DNA of 63,704 nucleotides, the filler included, from Chiloscyllium plagiosum (lineage: Eukaryota), in the NCBI RefSeq assembly GCF_004010195.1. It is 5 parts of one record of this genome, joined end to end, with 100 filler letters (N's around TTAATTAATTAA, not from the genome) between each part and the next. Parts side by side here need not be neighbours in the genome. Positions count along the whole stretch, not along the records: positions 49,388 to 60,995 come from NC_057717.1; positions 61,096 to 63,704 come from NC_057717.1; 3 more parts are not named here. The stretch is one strand, 5' to 3'. Of this stretch, positions 49,901 to 61,499 are shown piece after piece. The position numbers were made by a program, and so were the translations under genes. Position 1 is the first letter of the stretch. Each line of letters begins with the position of its first letter. Below the pieces are notes generated by a model. The model had not been told where the DNA came from, made no database searches, and was given only the letters and a program-made list of their open reading frames with translations.

Positions 49901-51287
49901 TGTATTTAGAACAAGTGTCAGGCGTTGATCAATCCCAATAACCAAGCAAGTTAAAATCTACCAAGGAGCTTCCAGTTTTACAAATAACATTTTCAAACAG
50001 TTGTTCAGAGTGACAATCAAAATGAAATAACTCGTTTCTGATATACTTCAGGAGAACCTTCGAATGTAGTATCCACCCAGGTTACAGTTAAAGTCTAGAA
50101 AGTTGAGATGATTTGAGCAAGTCGATTTGCTTCTTTGGAGATATTTCAATTGCTTGCCAATAAATTGTGGTTTTGGAAGTTACATTTGATAATCTCTTCA
50201 CGACCAATCAGAGCAGGACCACGTAGACAGATGTTGTGGGAGGCATTCATTTTAATAAATGCACCTGGAATTTCGTACATAGCACGATGTTTAGCTTTCA
50301 GTGAAGGTGCTGATATGATGTGTTATATGTGAAATAAAGAACGTGTGAACCTGCACTGGAGTGGGTCCTAAATACATGTTACTCTTTGAGGAAGAACCGG
50401 ACATGAAGCGATTTATGTGTCCCGGAGAAACGGGCTGCATTTCGACATATACGATACAGTGACACTTTCTCCAGTAGGGAACTATCTTTAACCAGTCAGG
50501 AGAGAATTCATTCGCACAGGTAATGGGCAGGAATGCAGCGAGGATCATCAGGAAGAGTCTGCACTCTTTTATTGGGATGATTAAGAACTGTCCACAAATT
50601 AATAAAAAGGGTGGAAAATTTTACACCAATGTTTGATCTGTTGCTTGAAACTCACGCATCTGTGTATGATTGTTTTATAAACTCACGGCACTCCGCAGGA
50701 GAAGGACGTTCGAGTCGATCTGACCGCAGCAGTTAAAGATGGTGATTCTTCAACTCAACTGATCTTAAGTTAGTAAAGGTGTTCTTTTCTCTTTCTTGCA
50801 CAGTGAAGTCTTGTAGGAATCAAAAGTAATGTGGTGATTCTTTGGTACGTGGGAAAGTGCACCTAATATCTGCTAATGCACAGTTGATCGGTCATCATCC
50901 TGAGAATGAAGGTACAGAATCGAGAAAACAGTAACACAAATGTCAGAATTAAAACAGTGTATGAAAAGCAGCATCTGCAATCAAGAACAAGGTCAGATCT
51001 CATGCCTGAGATTTGTGGGCGGACAGAGCGTGCAATACACAAATACAATGAAGCTGACACTCAAAACACAGCTTCATTTTCGTCGGAAAAAGGGAGAAGT
51101 GCAGATCATGGAGATTAGTCGGAAGTGTGTTGCTTGAAAAGGATAGCAGTTCAGGCATCTTTGGAGGAGCAGGTGGAGTTAAACGAAAAGAGTAGGGGGA
51201 TGGGAAACCAAATTGTCGGACAGGTACAGAAGAGGATGAGAATAGGGAGTTTCAAAATTAAAGATCTGACACTGGCAAGCGAGAACC

Positions 51288-54140
51288 TGGTTTGAAGTGT
51301 GTTTACTTCAACGCGAGGGGCATCCGAAATAAAGTGGGTGAACTGGCAGCGTTGGTTGGTACCTGGGACTTCGATGTTGTGGATATTACGGAGACATGGA
51401 TAGAGCAGGGACAGGAATGGTTGTTGCAGGTTCCGGGATTCAGATGTTTCAGTAAGAACAGAAAAGATGGCAAAAGAGGGGGAAGTGTGACTTTTTGATC
51501 AGGGAAAATATTACAGTTGAAGAAAAGATGTTTGGAGAATCGTAACCTGAGGTGGTATGGGCTGAGGTTAGAAACAGGAAAGGAGAAGTCACCATGCTGG
51601 GAGTTTTCTATAAGCCTCCAAGTAGGCCCAGAGATGTAGATGAAAGTATAGCACAAATGATTCTCGATAGGAGTGAGAGAGGCAGGATAGTTCTCATGGG
51701 GGACTTCAACTATTCACATATTGACTGGGATCACTGCAGTGCGAGTACTATAGATGGGTCAGTTTTTTGTCCAGTGTGTGCAGGAGGGCTTCCGAACATA
51801 GTATATAGACAGGCCTACAAGGGTCAAAGCCACTTTAGATTTAGTACTGGGCAGCGAGCCTGGCCAAGTGTTAGATTTGGAAGGAGGTGAGCACTTTGGA
51901 GACAACGATCACAATTCTGTCAGGTTAACTTTAGTGATGAAAAGGGATAGGTGTACTCCACCAAGCAAGAGTTACAGCTGGGGGAAGGGAAATTACGATG
52001 CAATTATGAAAGATTTCGGAAGCATGGAATGGGGAAGGAAACTGCAGGGGATGAGCACATTAAAAATGTGGAGCTTATTCAAGGAAAAGCTCCTGAGTGT
52101 CCTAGAACAGTATGCGCCTGGCGGGCAGGGCGGAAGCTACAGAACGCGTGAGCCGTGGTTTACTAAGGAAGTGGAATCCCTGGTCAAGAAGATGAAGAAG
52201 GCTCATGCGAGGACAAAATGTGAAAACTCATTTCGGACGATTGAGGGTTACACGGAAGCCAGGAAAGACCTAGAAAAAGAGAGCTCAGCAGAACCAGGAG
52301 GAGACATGAGAAGTAGTTGGTGGATAGGATCATGGTTAACCCTAAGTATTTCCATAGGTATGTCAGAAATAAAAGAATGACGAAGTTAAATTCGGGCCAA
52401 TCAAGGATAATAGTGGGAAATTGTGTGTGGAGTCAGAGGAGATAGGGGAAGCACTAAATAAATATTTTTGGACAGTGTTCACTATAGAAAATGAAAATGT
52501 TGGTGAGGAAGATACAGACATATTTACATCTAGTCTAGAAGAGATTGAGGTTCACAAGGAAGAGGTATTAGAAATAATGCAGACTGTGAAAATAATCAAG
52601 TTCCTGGGCTGGATAGTATCTAACCTCGGATCCTCTGGGAAGCAAGGGAAGAGATTTCCGAGACTTTGGCATTGATCTTCAAATTATCATTGTCTACAGG
52701 AACAGTGCCTGAGGACTGGAGGATAGCAAATGTGGTTCCCTTGTTCAAAAAGGGTAGTGGAGACAACCCTGGTAATTACAGACCAGTGAGTCTCACTTCA
52801 GTTGTTGGTGAAGTGTTCGAAAAGCTTATAAGGGATCGGATTTATAACCATCGAGAAAAGAATAATCTGATCAGGGACAGGCAGCACGGCTTTGTGAAGG
52901 GCAGATCGTGCTTGACGAATCTTATTGAGTTTTTTGACAAAGTGACCAAATAGGTAGATGAGAGTAAACCGGTTGATGTGGTGTATATGGATTTCAACAA
53001 GGCGTTCGAAAGGGTTCGCCACAGTAGGCTATTATACAAAATGCAGAGGAATGGGATTGTGGGAGACATAGTAGTCTGGATCAGTAATTGGCTTGCTGAA
53101 AGAAAACAGAGGGTTGTAGTTGATGGAACATGTTCATCCTGGTGTCCAGTTACGAGCGGCGTACCGCAAGGGTCGGTGTTGGGTTCCCTGCTGTTCGTCA
53201 TTTTTATAAATGACCTGAATGAGGGCTTAGAAGGGTGGGTTAGTAAGTTTGCGGACGAGGCTAAGGTCAGTGGTGTTGTGGATAGTGACGAAGGATGTCG
53301 AAGGTTGCAGAGACATAGATAGGATGCAGAGCTGGGCTGAGAGGCGGCAAATGGAGGTTAATGTGGACAAGTGTGAGGTGCTACATTTTGGATGGAGTAT
53401 TCGGAATGCAAAGTACTGGGCTAATGGTAGGATTCTTTGGAGTGCAGATGAGCAGAGAGATCTCGTTGTCCATGTACACAGATCCCTGCAAGTTGCCACC
53501 CGGATGACAGGGTTGTTAAGAAGGCATACAGTGTTTTGGCCTTTATTAATAGAGGGATTGAGTTCCGCAATCAGGAGGTTATGCTGCAGCTGTACAAAGC
53601 TCTGGTCCGGCCTACATTTGGAGTATTGTGTACAGTTCTGGTCCCCCCATTATAAGAAGGAAGTGGAAGCTTTGGAAAAGGGTGCAGACGAGATTTACTA
53701 GGATGTTGCCGGGTATGGAAGGAATGTCTTACGAGGAAAGGCTGCGGGTCTTGAGGCTGTTCTCGTTAGAAAGAAGAAGGTTGTGAGGTGACTTAATAGA
53801 GACATACAAGATAATCAGAGGTTTAGATAGGGTGGACAGGGAGAGCCTTCTTCCAAGTATGGGAACGTCAAACACGAGGGGACACAACTTTAAAGTGAGG
53901 GAAGAGAGGTTTAAGACAGATGTCAGAGGTCGGTTATTTACTCAGAGAGTAGTAAGGGTATGGAGTGATTTGCCTGCAACGGTAATAGATTCGCCAAGTT
54001 TAAGTGCACTTAAGTCGTCATTCGACAGGCATATAGACGTACGTGGAATAGTGTAACGGGGATGGGCTTCAGATTAGTATGACAGGGCGGTGCAACATCG
54101 AGGGACGAAGGGCATGTACTGCGCTGTAATGTTCTATGCT
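51288..54140 (+). mobile_element. Near-complete CR1 ORF2 (EN-RT) and 3' UTR, multiple stops/frameshifts
   Basis: [76 protein letters not shown], gttctatg tail. Confidence 0.95.
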
Positions 54141-54163
54141 GTATGTACTATAACGGTACCGCA

Positions 54164-54189
54164 TGAGAGAGAGAGAGAGAGAGAGAGAG
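54164..54189. repeat. (GA)n microsatellite
   Basis: Visible GA run. Confidence 0.9.
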
Positions 54190-54216
54190 ATGAACACTTT
54201 GGCAGTTACACTAAAA

Positions 54217-55898
54217 ATGGGCTCCGGCAAGAGCAAACAAAAGGAGAGTCCACACAGTACTGGAAATGGCCAACCAAAAATACAATACATGCGAAATAAT
54301 TACAGAGTCTGTAAAGCAGCTGGAATTGTGGATCAAGGAATCTGGTTTACCAGAGGGAGGAAGTTTTAATAAAAGACAGCTAGAAATATTGAGGTCGATG
54401 TTGGAGGAGAGAGAGAAGAAGAAAAGGAGGGAAAAATAGAATCTGTCACTTGGAGTGCTTATAATATGTGGAAGGCTGAGGCTGATATCAGAGAAAGGAA
54501 ATCTCAAGTAAGTGGTAGATTAAATATACGTACAAAAACCAGCACACATGCAGACGCATGCGCAAAACACACTAACGACGCCGTACAGTGTCTCAAGTAT
54601 GTTTCTGATTCCGTCCTTGATGACTGCGCTCCGAGACCAACAGCCCCCCTACGAGATACACCTGGCGAACGGTTCACGTCAGCGACCGCCACCTCAGGGT
54701 CTGCTGAATCAACCATCGCACGCAGTACCCAAAACCAATTGAAGGAAGAAGCCCAAAAGAAGGAGGTGTTCGCGAAAAGGGCCTGTTCGCGATCACCTCT
54801 GACGGATGATGAGTCAGACAGTGAGGGGACTGGCGTATGACCATCAAACCAGATAGTTCTGTTTCAGCCCCAATGGTTGAAGTTGCAGGTCAAGAAGGGC
54901 ATCCTTTGTTGGTCCACCGGCCATGGGCCATGAAGAATCTGGAAAGTGCTTATTGTTATTTGCCTGACTCACGTGAGGTTGGAGGTAATCAGTTCGCCAA
55001 AGAAGTGACAAAGTTCTGTCCTGAGTTCCATCCCACATCACATTAGATGAGTCGTCTCCTAGGATGAAAACTAGGTGCCGATGTCACGAAAATCAAGTAT
55101 AACTGGCCAGCCGCAAGTGTCCATGCCAGAGTAGCCAACTCGCAAGTGGAGCAGAACGGAAACTTTAATTCTTTCGTTGCAGCACTGGCAACCGCCTGCA
55201 GTGAGGCATTCCCAGTGCGAATGGACATGACCAAAATAACAATGTGTCAACAAGGGGAAGTTGAGAAAGTGTCCCAGTAACTTTCGCACCTCACTGAAGT
55301 CCATAATGCCCATAGTGGACTGAGACCACCCGACGACATAACGGCGGCAGAAATCACGCCGTATGAAGCCCACTTGAGGAACAGCTTCATCAATGGGATG
55401 AAGGACAAAAGAACGAAAAGAATGAAAAGAAACATGTACTACCTGGGACACGGGAAAGCTGAATTTGATAGAACAACATGCGATACATGCTGAAAAATTG
55501 CTTATCCAAGACAAGGATAATCGGAATCTAAAGATGGAACAGCAACCACATAAATCTCAGCTTACTATGATGCAAATTTTCACTCAGCCGTTGGAGGGAG
55601 GAGCTGCAGGAAGAGAGAGAGAGGCAAGGTGGAGGTCGCTGAAGATGAAGCGGAAGAGGTCATGGAAGAGGCGCGGGCAGAGGTAGATGTGGCGGGTGCT
55701 TTGTTTGCAGAGCAATGTATCACTGGGCGATACAATGCCCACACAGACAGCTTCAATCGGCCCTGGAGGCTGAACAGCAGGGTGACTGACAGGGAAAGGC
55801 TGAGGTGGAGGTGGGCAGCCCACAAGGTACAGGTAAGCCACTTTCCCTTCTGCTTGGCAACTAGGACTCGCTTATACTTATCTCTTCTACTAATCTGA
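54217..55898 (+). pseudogene. gag: Endogenous retrovirus gag (decayed)
   Basis: MGSGKSK myristoylation-type start. PMVEVAG..PLLVHRPW capsid-region motif. CX2CX4HX4C knuckle CFVCRAMYHWAIQC at 55697-55738, preceded by an RG-rich stretch. Confidence 0.85.
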
Positions 55899-58775
55899 CG
55901 GGCACTAAGACATGTCCAACCTCTATGTTGAGCGCTGAAATTGCGAAAAGTGGACGGTCTGTTCATAATCACAATAATTCGTCTATGTCGATGTCTACCT
56001 CTATGTTAGATGTGGAATTTACATCAGGGGCAACTTACTCAGTCCTTAAATTAAGCCAGTTTATACAATCGACGTAAATAAAGAAAAGTGAAAGGTTCCT
56101 GAACAGAATGGGTGTATCAGGAGTCGAGGTGTGGGAGAGATTTTCCGCACCCCTACTGTGCAAAACTATTAATGGGGAAACATTCCAATTCTCCTTCTTG
56201 TTTTCGGAATTTTGTCCTTTAAATCTGCTGGGTCAGGATCTCAAAGGGAGACTGGGGTTGGACTTTCGCAGTTTATCTAAGGTATCTGTAACAGCAAGCA
56301 GACCCTATATTTTTGATGTGGAAGTCTCCACTCCTCATGTGTCACTGGCGAAGGCGTCTGGTGGCAGGTGGGCAGGATTTGGGACCATGGGTGCTAAAGG
56401 CACAAAGAACGAAAGGTTGGGTCTTCAGCGACGATGTGGGTGACTGGTACAATGCAGATATGCGGACATATAAGAAGAAACAAAATTGGCTAACTCAGGC
56501 AGATAGGACAGTCCTGGTAACCCCCACTAACCCTGAAAAGCCGAGTGGGATAGCCTGGCGTTACCCTAAGATAGAAGTCTCAGACCCAAGATTTAAAATG
56601 GTGCCGACTGATCGGAATATCCATTAAAAACCGAAGTCATAGATGGAAAAACTCCATTCTTTGAATCTCTCCTAAAGGCTAGAGTGTTAATCCCCTCTGA
56701 AAACTCACCGGTGAGAACCCCCATTTTTCTGGTCAAAAAGGCATACATTCCCAGTGAACCGGAGAATGGAGGTTGGGTCAAGACCAGCAGGCAGTCAACA
56801 GCGCTGTTGTCCCACACGCCCGAAATGTTCCCAACTCCTTTACTGTATTGGCTCAAATTCCACCGGACCATAAACGGTTCTCTGATGTGGATTTAGAAAA
56901 TGCCTTCTTCAGTGTAGCTGTGCACCCAGATAGTCAATTCTGGTTCCCTTTTTCATTCAAATGGAAGTCACATACCTTTACACAACTTTGTCAAGGTTAC
57001 TCTGCATCCCCCACCTTATATAATGAGGCTCTACGCAGGAGTCTGGAGAATTTTGCGCTAACTCCGTGATCAGTGCTTTTGCAGTATGTAGATGATTGCT
57101 TGATAGCAGTACCATCAAAGGAACAATGTGAGAAGGATGCCCTTGCGTTGATCTGCCATATAGCAAGGAAAGTGCACAAATCCAGTCTCGCAAAGCCAGA
57201 ATTTGTGCAACAACAGGTGAAGTTCTTAGGTCAATTAATATATGAACAAGGCAAGGCCATTGGTCAAGACAGAGTTCAAGCAATCCAGAAAATTCCAAAN
57301 NNNNNNNNNNNNNNNNNNNNNNNNNNNNNNNNNNNNNNNNNNNNNNNNNNNNNNNNNNNNNNNNNNNNNNNNNNNNNNNNNNNNNNNNNNNNNNNNNNNN
57401 NNNNNNNNNNNNNNNNNNNNNNNNNNNNNNNNNNNNNNNNNNNNNNNNNNNNNNNNNNNNNNNNNNNNNNNNNNNNNNNNNNNNNNNNNNNNNNNNNNNN
57501 NNNNNNNNNNNNNNNNNNNNNNNNNNNNNNNNNNNNNNNNNNNNNNNNNNNNNNNNNNNNNNNNNNNNNNNNNNNNNNNNNNNNNNNNNNNNNNNNNNNN
57601 NNNNNNNNNNNNNNNNNNNNNNNNNNNNNNNNNNNNNNNNNNNNNNNNNNNNNNNNNNNNNNNNNNNNNNNNNNNNNNNNNNNNNNNNNNNNNNNNNNNN
57701 NNNNNNNNNNNNNNNNNNNNNNNNNNNNNNNNNNNNNNNNNNNNNNNNNNNNNNNNNNNNNNNNNNNNNNNNNNNNNNNNNNNNNNNNNNNNNNNNNNNN
57801 NNNNNNNNNNNNNNNNNNNNNNNNNNNNNNNNNNNNNNNNNNNNNNNNNNNNNNNNNNNNNNNNNNNNNNNNNNNNNNNNNNNNNNNNNNNNNNNNNNNN
57901 NNNNNNNNNNNNNNNNNNNNNNNNNNNNNNNNNNNNNNNNNNNNNNNNNNNNNNNATCTGTCAGCGCAAGCAGTGGAGCTGATTGCCTTGACTGAGGCCT
58001 AACAATTAGCTGAGGGAAAGACAGTGAATATTTACACCGAGAGCAGATATGCATTCGGGGTTGTTCATGATTTTAGAAAGCTGTGAAAACACAGGGGCTA
58101 CTTGACCTCCACTGGAAAGCCCATCACACACTGTGGCCTGATTTCTGACCTCCTGGAGGCGGTTTTGTTGTCTAAATCAATCACTTGTGTGAAGCCCACA
58201 TTAAAAAAAAAAAGATTTTATTTCTCAAGACAATGCAAGGGCAGACTCAGTAGCAAAAGCAGCAACCCAGCAACCAATACGTGAGCAGATTGCCACGTGC
58301 ATGAAAAAAAATTGTACCGCAACCGCAGACGTACGGGAGTTACAGTTCCAGGCCACACAGGAAGAAAAGCGTGAGTGGACAAAAAGCAGGATGCATTGCC
58401 AGGGAAGGCGGATAGTTTAGCCCCAATGATAAACCCTGTTTACCACCATCATTATTTCCATTCTATGCCAAGCTGACACACGGTGAGGACAATGTGTCAA
58501 AAGGGGGGGATATATGACAGTATTTCAGCACACTGATACAGTAAGGGATTTACTCATTACTACCAGAAATCTTGTGAAGCTAGTGTCACAAAGAATGTGG
58601 GGAGGGGAATACAGATGAGTCAGACGCATACCCTTCCCCAAAAGCCTTTTCAACATTTACAGATGAATTTCATTGAACTAACGCCGAGCGAAGGGAAAAT
58701 ATATTCTCTGGTAATAGTTGATCGGTTTTCCAAAACAGTGGAAGCGTTCCCCACATCTAAACCGGATGCCATTGC
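55899..58775 (+). pseudogene. pol: Endogenous retrovirus pro-pol (protease, RT, RNase H, partial integrase), epsilon-like, decayed
   Basis: Protease: SGATYSVL, CPLNLLGQDL. RT: SPVRTPIFLVKK, VDLENAFFSV, LCQGY, LLQYVDDCLIA. RNase H: SAQAVELIALTEA, VNIYTESRYAFGVVHDF. Integrase: PFQHLQMNFIEL..LVIVDRFSKTVEAFPT. Truncated; no env seen. Confidence 0.93.
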
Positions 58776-60204
58776 TTACAATTTTGTAACCATTGCTTAC
58801 TGTTTCTTAACATGAAGAAGTACTGATACTTTAGTTGAACGAGGACACAATTTTGTAATCAGTTCGATCTATCCTTTCTCATGTTTAACCTGAATCCATG
58901 ACAGCTCATGAGTTCAAGCATCAATATTAAAAATTCCCCAAACACTTCCCTCCCGACAGCCTATCACTGTGTCGCCAACTCTGCTGTTCAGACAGGAAAT
59001 GTCCAGGTTTGTTGACCTTGTTGTCTGTGAATATATTTTCTGTCAGGTATGATTGCGTGATTGTAACATTTCTGTTGCTGCTTGAGTTGTCCGTGAGGCA
59101 GCTCTTTCAATTATGTTTGTGCAGAAGACTTCGTCGGGTCCACAGGACACGTCCAGCCATTCTTTCGCAGTGCCAAGATCGATGTCCCGTGATCCGTCTG
59201 GTTTCATTGCTTTGAGACTTTGTAACAATTGAAATAACTGAATTACTTGCTGGGCCTTTTAATATGGCCATTGAGTGTTAAACAAATACTTACAACAGTT
59301 AACCAGATGCGTGTTTTCCTACAGTCCGCAATGATGTGGTGGTCGTCCGATTTTTAAAAATTCAATTCAGACTCAATCATCTATGTTGGTGAGTATCGAA
59401 CCTGCGGCCCCCTAATGTTGCCTTTATCTCCATATATAAAAATCTAGCGATACTACAACTAGGCTATCGCCTCCTCTTTGCTTGAGCAATGCCCTTTCAG
59501 GAAGCAAATCTGCCCAGCTTTCCAGGTCTGACCGAAAAGTGACTCCAGAAACACAGATATGTGATAGACCCTTCAATGGTCTCTGAAACGGCCAAGTAAG
59601 ACAGTCAATTGCATCAAACAATACCAAATTTTTAAACAGTAAAACCAAATTAAACTCGTACCAGCCTAAGTATTAGAAAAAGAACCATGAGCTGTAGTTC
59701 TATCGAACTGCAGAGAGCTCCTTTCCAAAATCCGAGTGTTTATAACAACATTTACACAGCTTTCCCACAGCTACAAACAAAGTATCAGAGTTGGCTCATA
59801 AATCTATCGATGCTTCCCCCTCTTCCACCCCCGCATTGTTTTTTCATGATCGAATATCGCTTCAATCATCTTTTTTTCCAAACAATGTTCACACATCTTC
59901 ATGCGACTAACAATCAAGGAAATACAGAATAGGAACAACACTTAAACCTTTTTTCCATTATTTTGTTCTCACTGTCCATATAACGATGGCTGATCCTATT
60001 AACTCTGCACCATACTCCTGCTCTCCGACCATACAGAAACTCTTGATGTTATTCCACATTTTCGTCTCCATATCCTGAAGTGGCACATGGTTACCCAGGT
60101 TCACCAGTCTCAGAGCGGAAACATAAGTAATATCTCAATGCACAGTAGCCTCTCTGTCGTTAATACTGTGGCCCGTTGTTTTAGATGTACCAGTCTGATC
60201 ATGC

Positions 60205-60297
60205 GTGCTGGAAATGTGTTGCTGGAAAAGCGCAGCAGATCAGGCAGCATCCAGGGAACAGGAGAATCGACGTTTCGGGCATAAGCCCTTCTTCAGG
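60205..60297 (-). mobile_element. Short PLE-derived element with core-intact minimal hammerhead (60264-60297)
   Basis: Minus strand: C-CUGAAGA-A-GGGC(UUAU)GCCC-GAAA-CG-UC-G. Near-identical to 38066-38147. Confidence 0.8.
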
Positions 60298-60639
60298 CTT
60301 CCAATCTGCCACTCTGCCAGAGTCTTATGTATTTCAATGGGATGTCCATTTATTTTCCTAAACTCAATGTGATACAGTCCCAGCTGAACGAAGCACTGCC
60401 CTCACAACAAGCATATCAGCCGAGAGATCAGTCTTATCATCGTTCACTGCACTCATTCACTGTCAGGTTTATCCTTTATGAGATAAAGAGACCAAAACTG
60501 CACAAAATACTGCTCAATGTTCACGATTTTGTCTCCACAAGGCCATGTACCGTTGCAGTCAGGCAACATTACAACACATCATGTATCTTCCCAACTGTCA
60601 TTCTTCTCCGGTATTATTGTTTTCACTGATTCGTGTATG

Positions 60640-60930
60640 AGTGAATGTGGGCTGGGTGAGGCGATTTTGATAAATAACGTTGTGGTTGACACGGAAACTG
60701 TGCGAGGTTGGCAGTGAGAAGGAAGATTTTCAGTTACATGAAAATATTGGTAGAATCGTCAGATGAGCAGATGAATGGCAGATGGAATTTAACTCTAATA
60801 AATATGAAGTAATGCACTTTGGAAGAAGAAACCATACAATTGAGGACTTAATGAATGGCAGCACACTCGAAAGCTAAGAGAGTGCTTCTCCAAAGACCCC
60901 TGAATGCGACGGGACAGGATACTACTGTAG
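60640..60930 (+). mobile_element. Decayed CR1 fragment
   Basis: gaatggcagatggaatttaac..gtaatgcactttggaag. Confidence 0.6.
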
Positions 60931-60931
60931 G

Positions 60932-60995
60932 AGAAAGTGAGGACTGCAGATGGTGGAGATCAGAGTTCAAAAATGTGCTGCTCGAAAAGCGCAGC
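60932..60995 (-). mobile_element. PLE pLTR tail fragment cut by gap
   Basis: Reverse complement of the tail at ~24215-24272. Confidence 0.65.
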
Positions 60996-61499
60996 NNNNN
61001 NNNNNNNNNNNNNNNNNNNNNNNNNNNNNNNNNNNNNNNTTAATTAATTAANNNNNNNNNNNNNNNNNNNNNNNNNNNNNNNNNNNNNNNNNNNNAACCA
61101 GTTCAAGAAAACAGCTTTCTGTCAGCTGCTGCATTGCTATTGGAGATGACAAATAAACTCGGTGCTTACCAGTGGCTCCAAAACCCATGAATGAATATGA
61201 CCTGTTAAAAATTCCAAGTTAGTTCATGTTTTTACAGGTTTATCGAAAGTCTCAGAAATGTAAGACCTTGCTTCATGAATGGAACCACAATAACATCAGA
61301 AACGTGATTTGTGACTGAGGGAGTATTCCTCATAGTTTTGCATCAATACTTTTCATAGCAAGTTAAAAGATACTACAATATATAGACCATTACAGAATAA
61401 AATTTGCAATTTATCACTTAGCGTTCATTACCAATTACTTGAGAGTCAACGAAAACACTAGCTTCTTTGTTCCTGTTAAGAACAGACAATTTAAAAATA

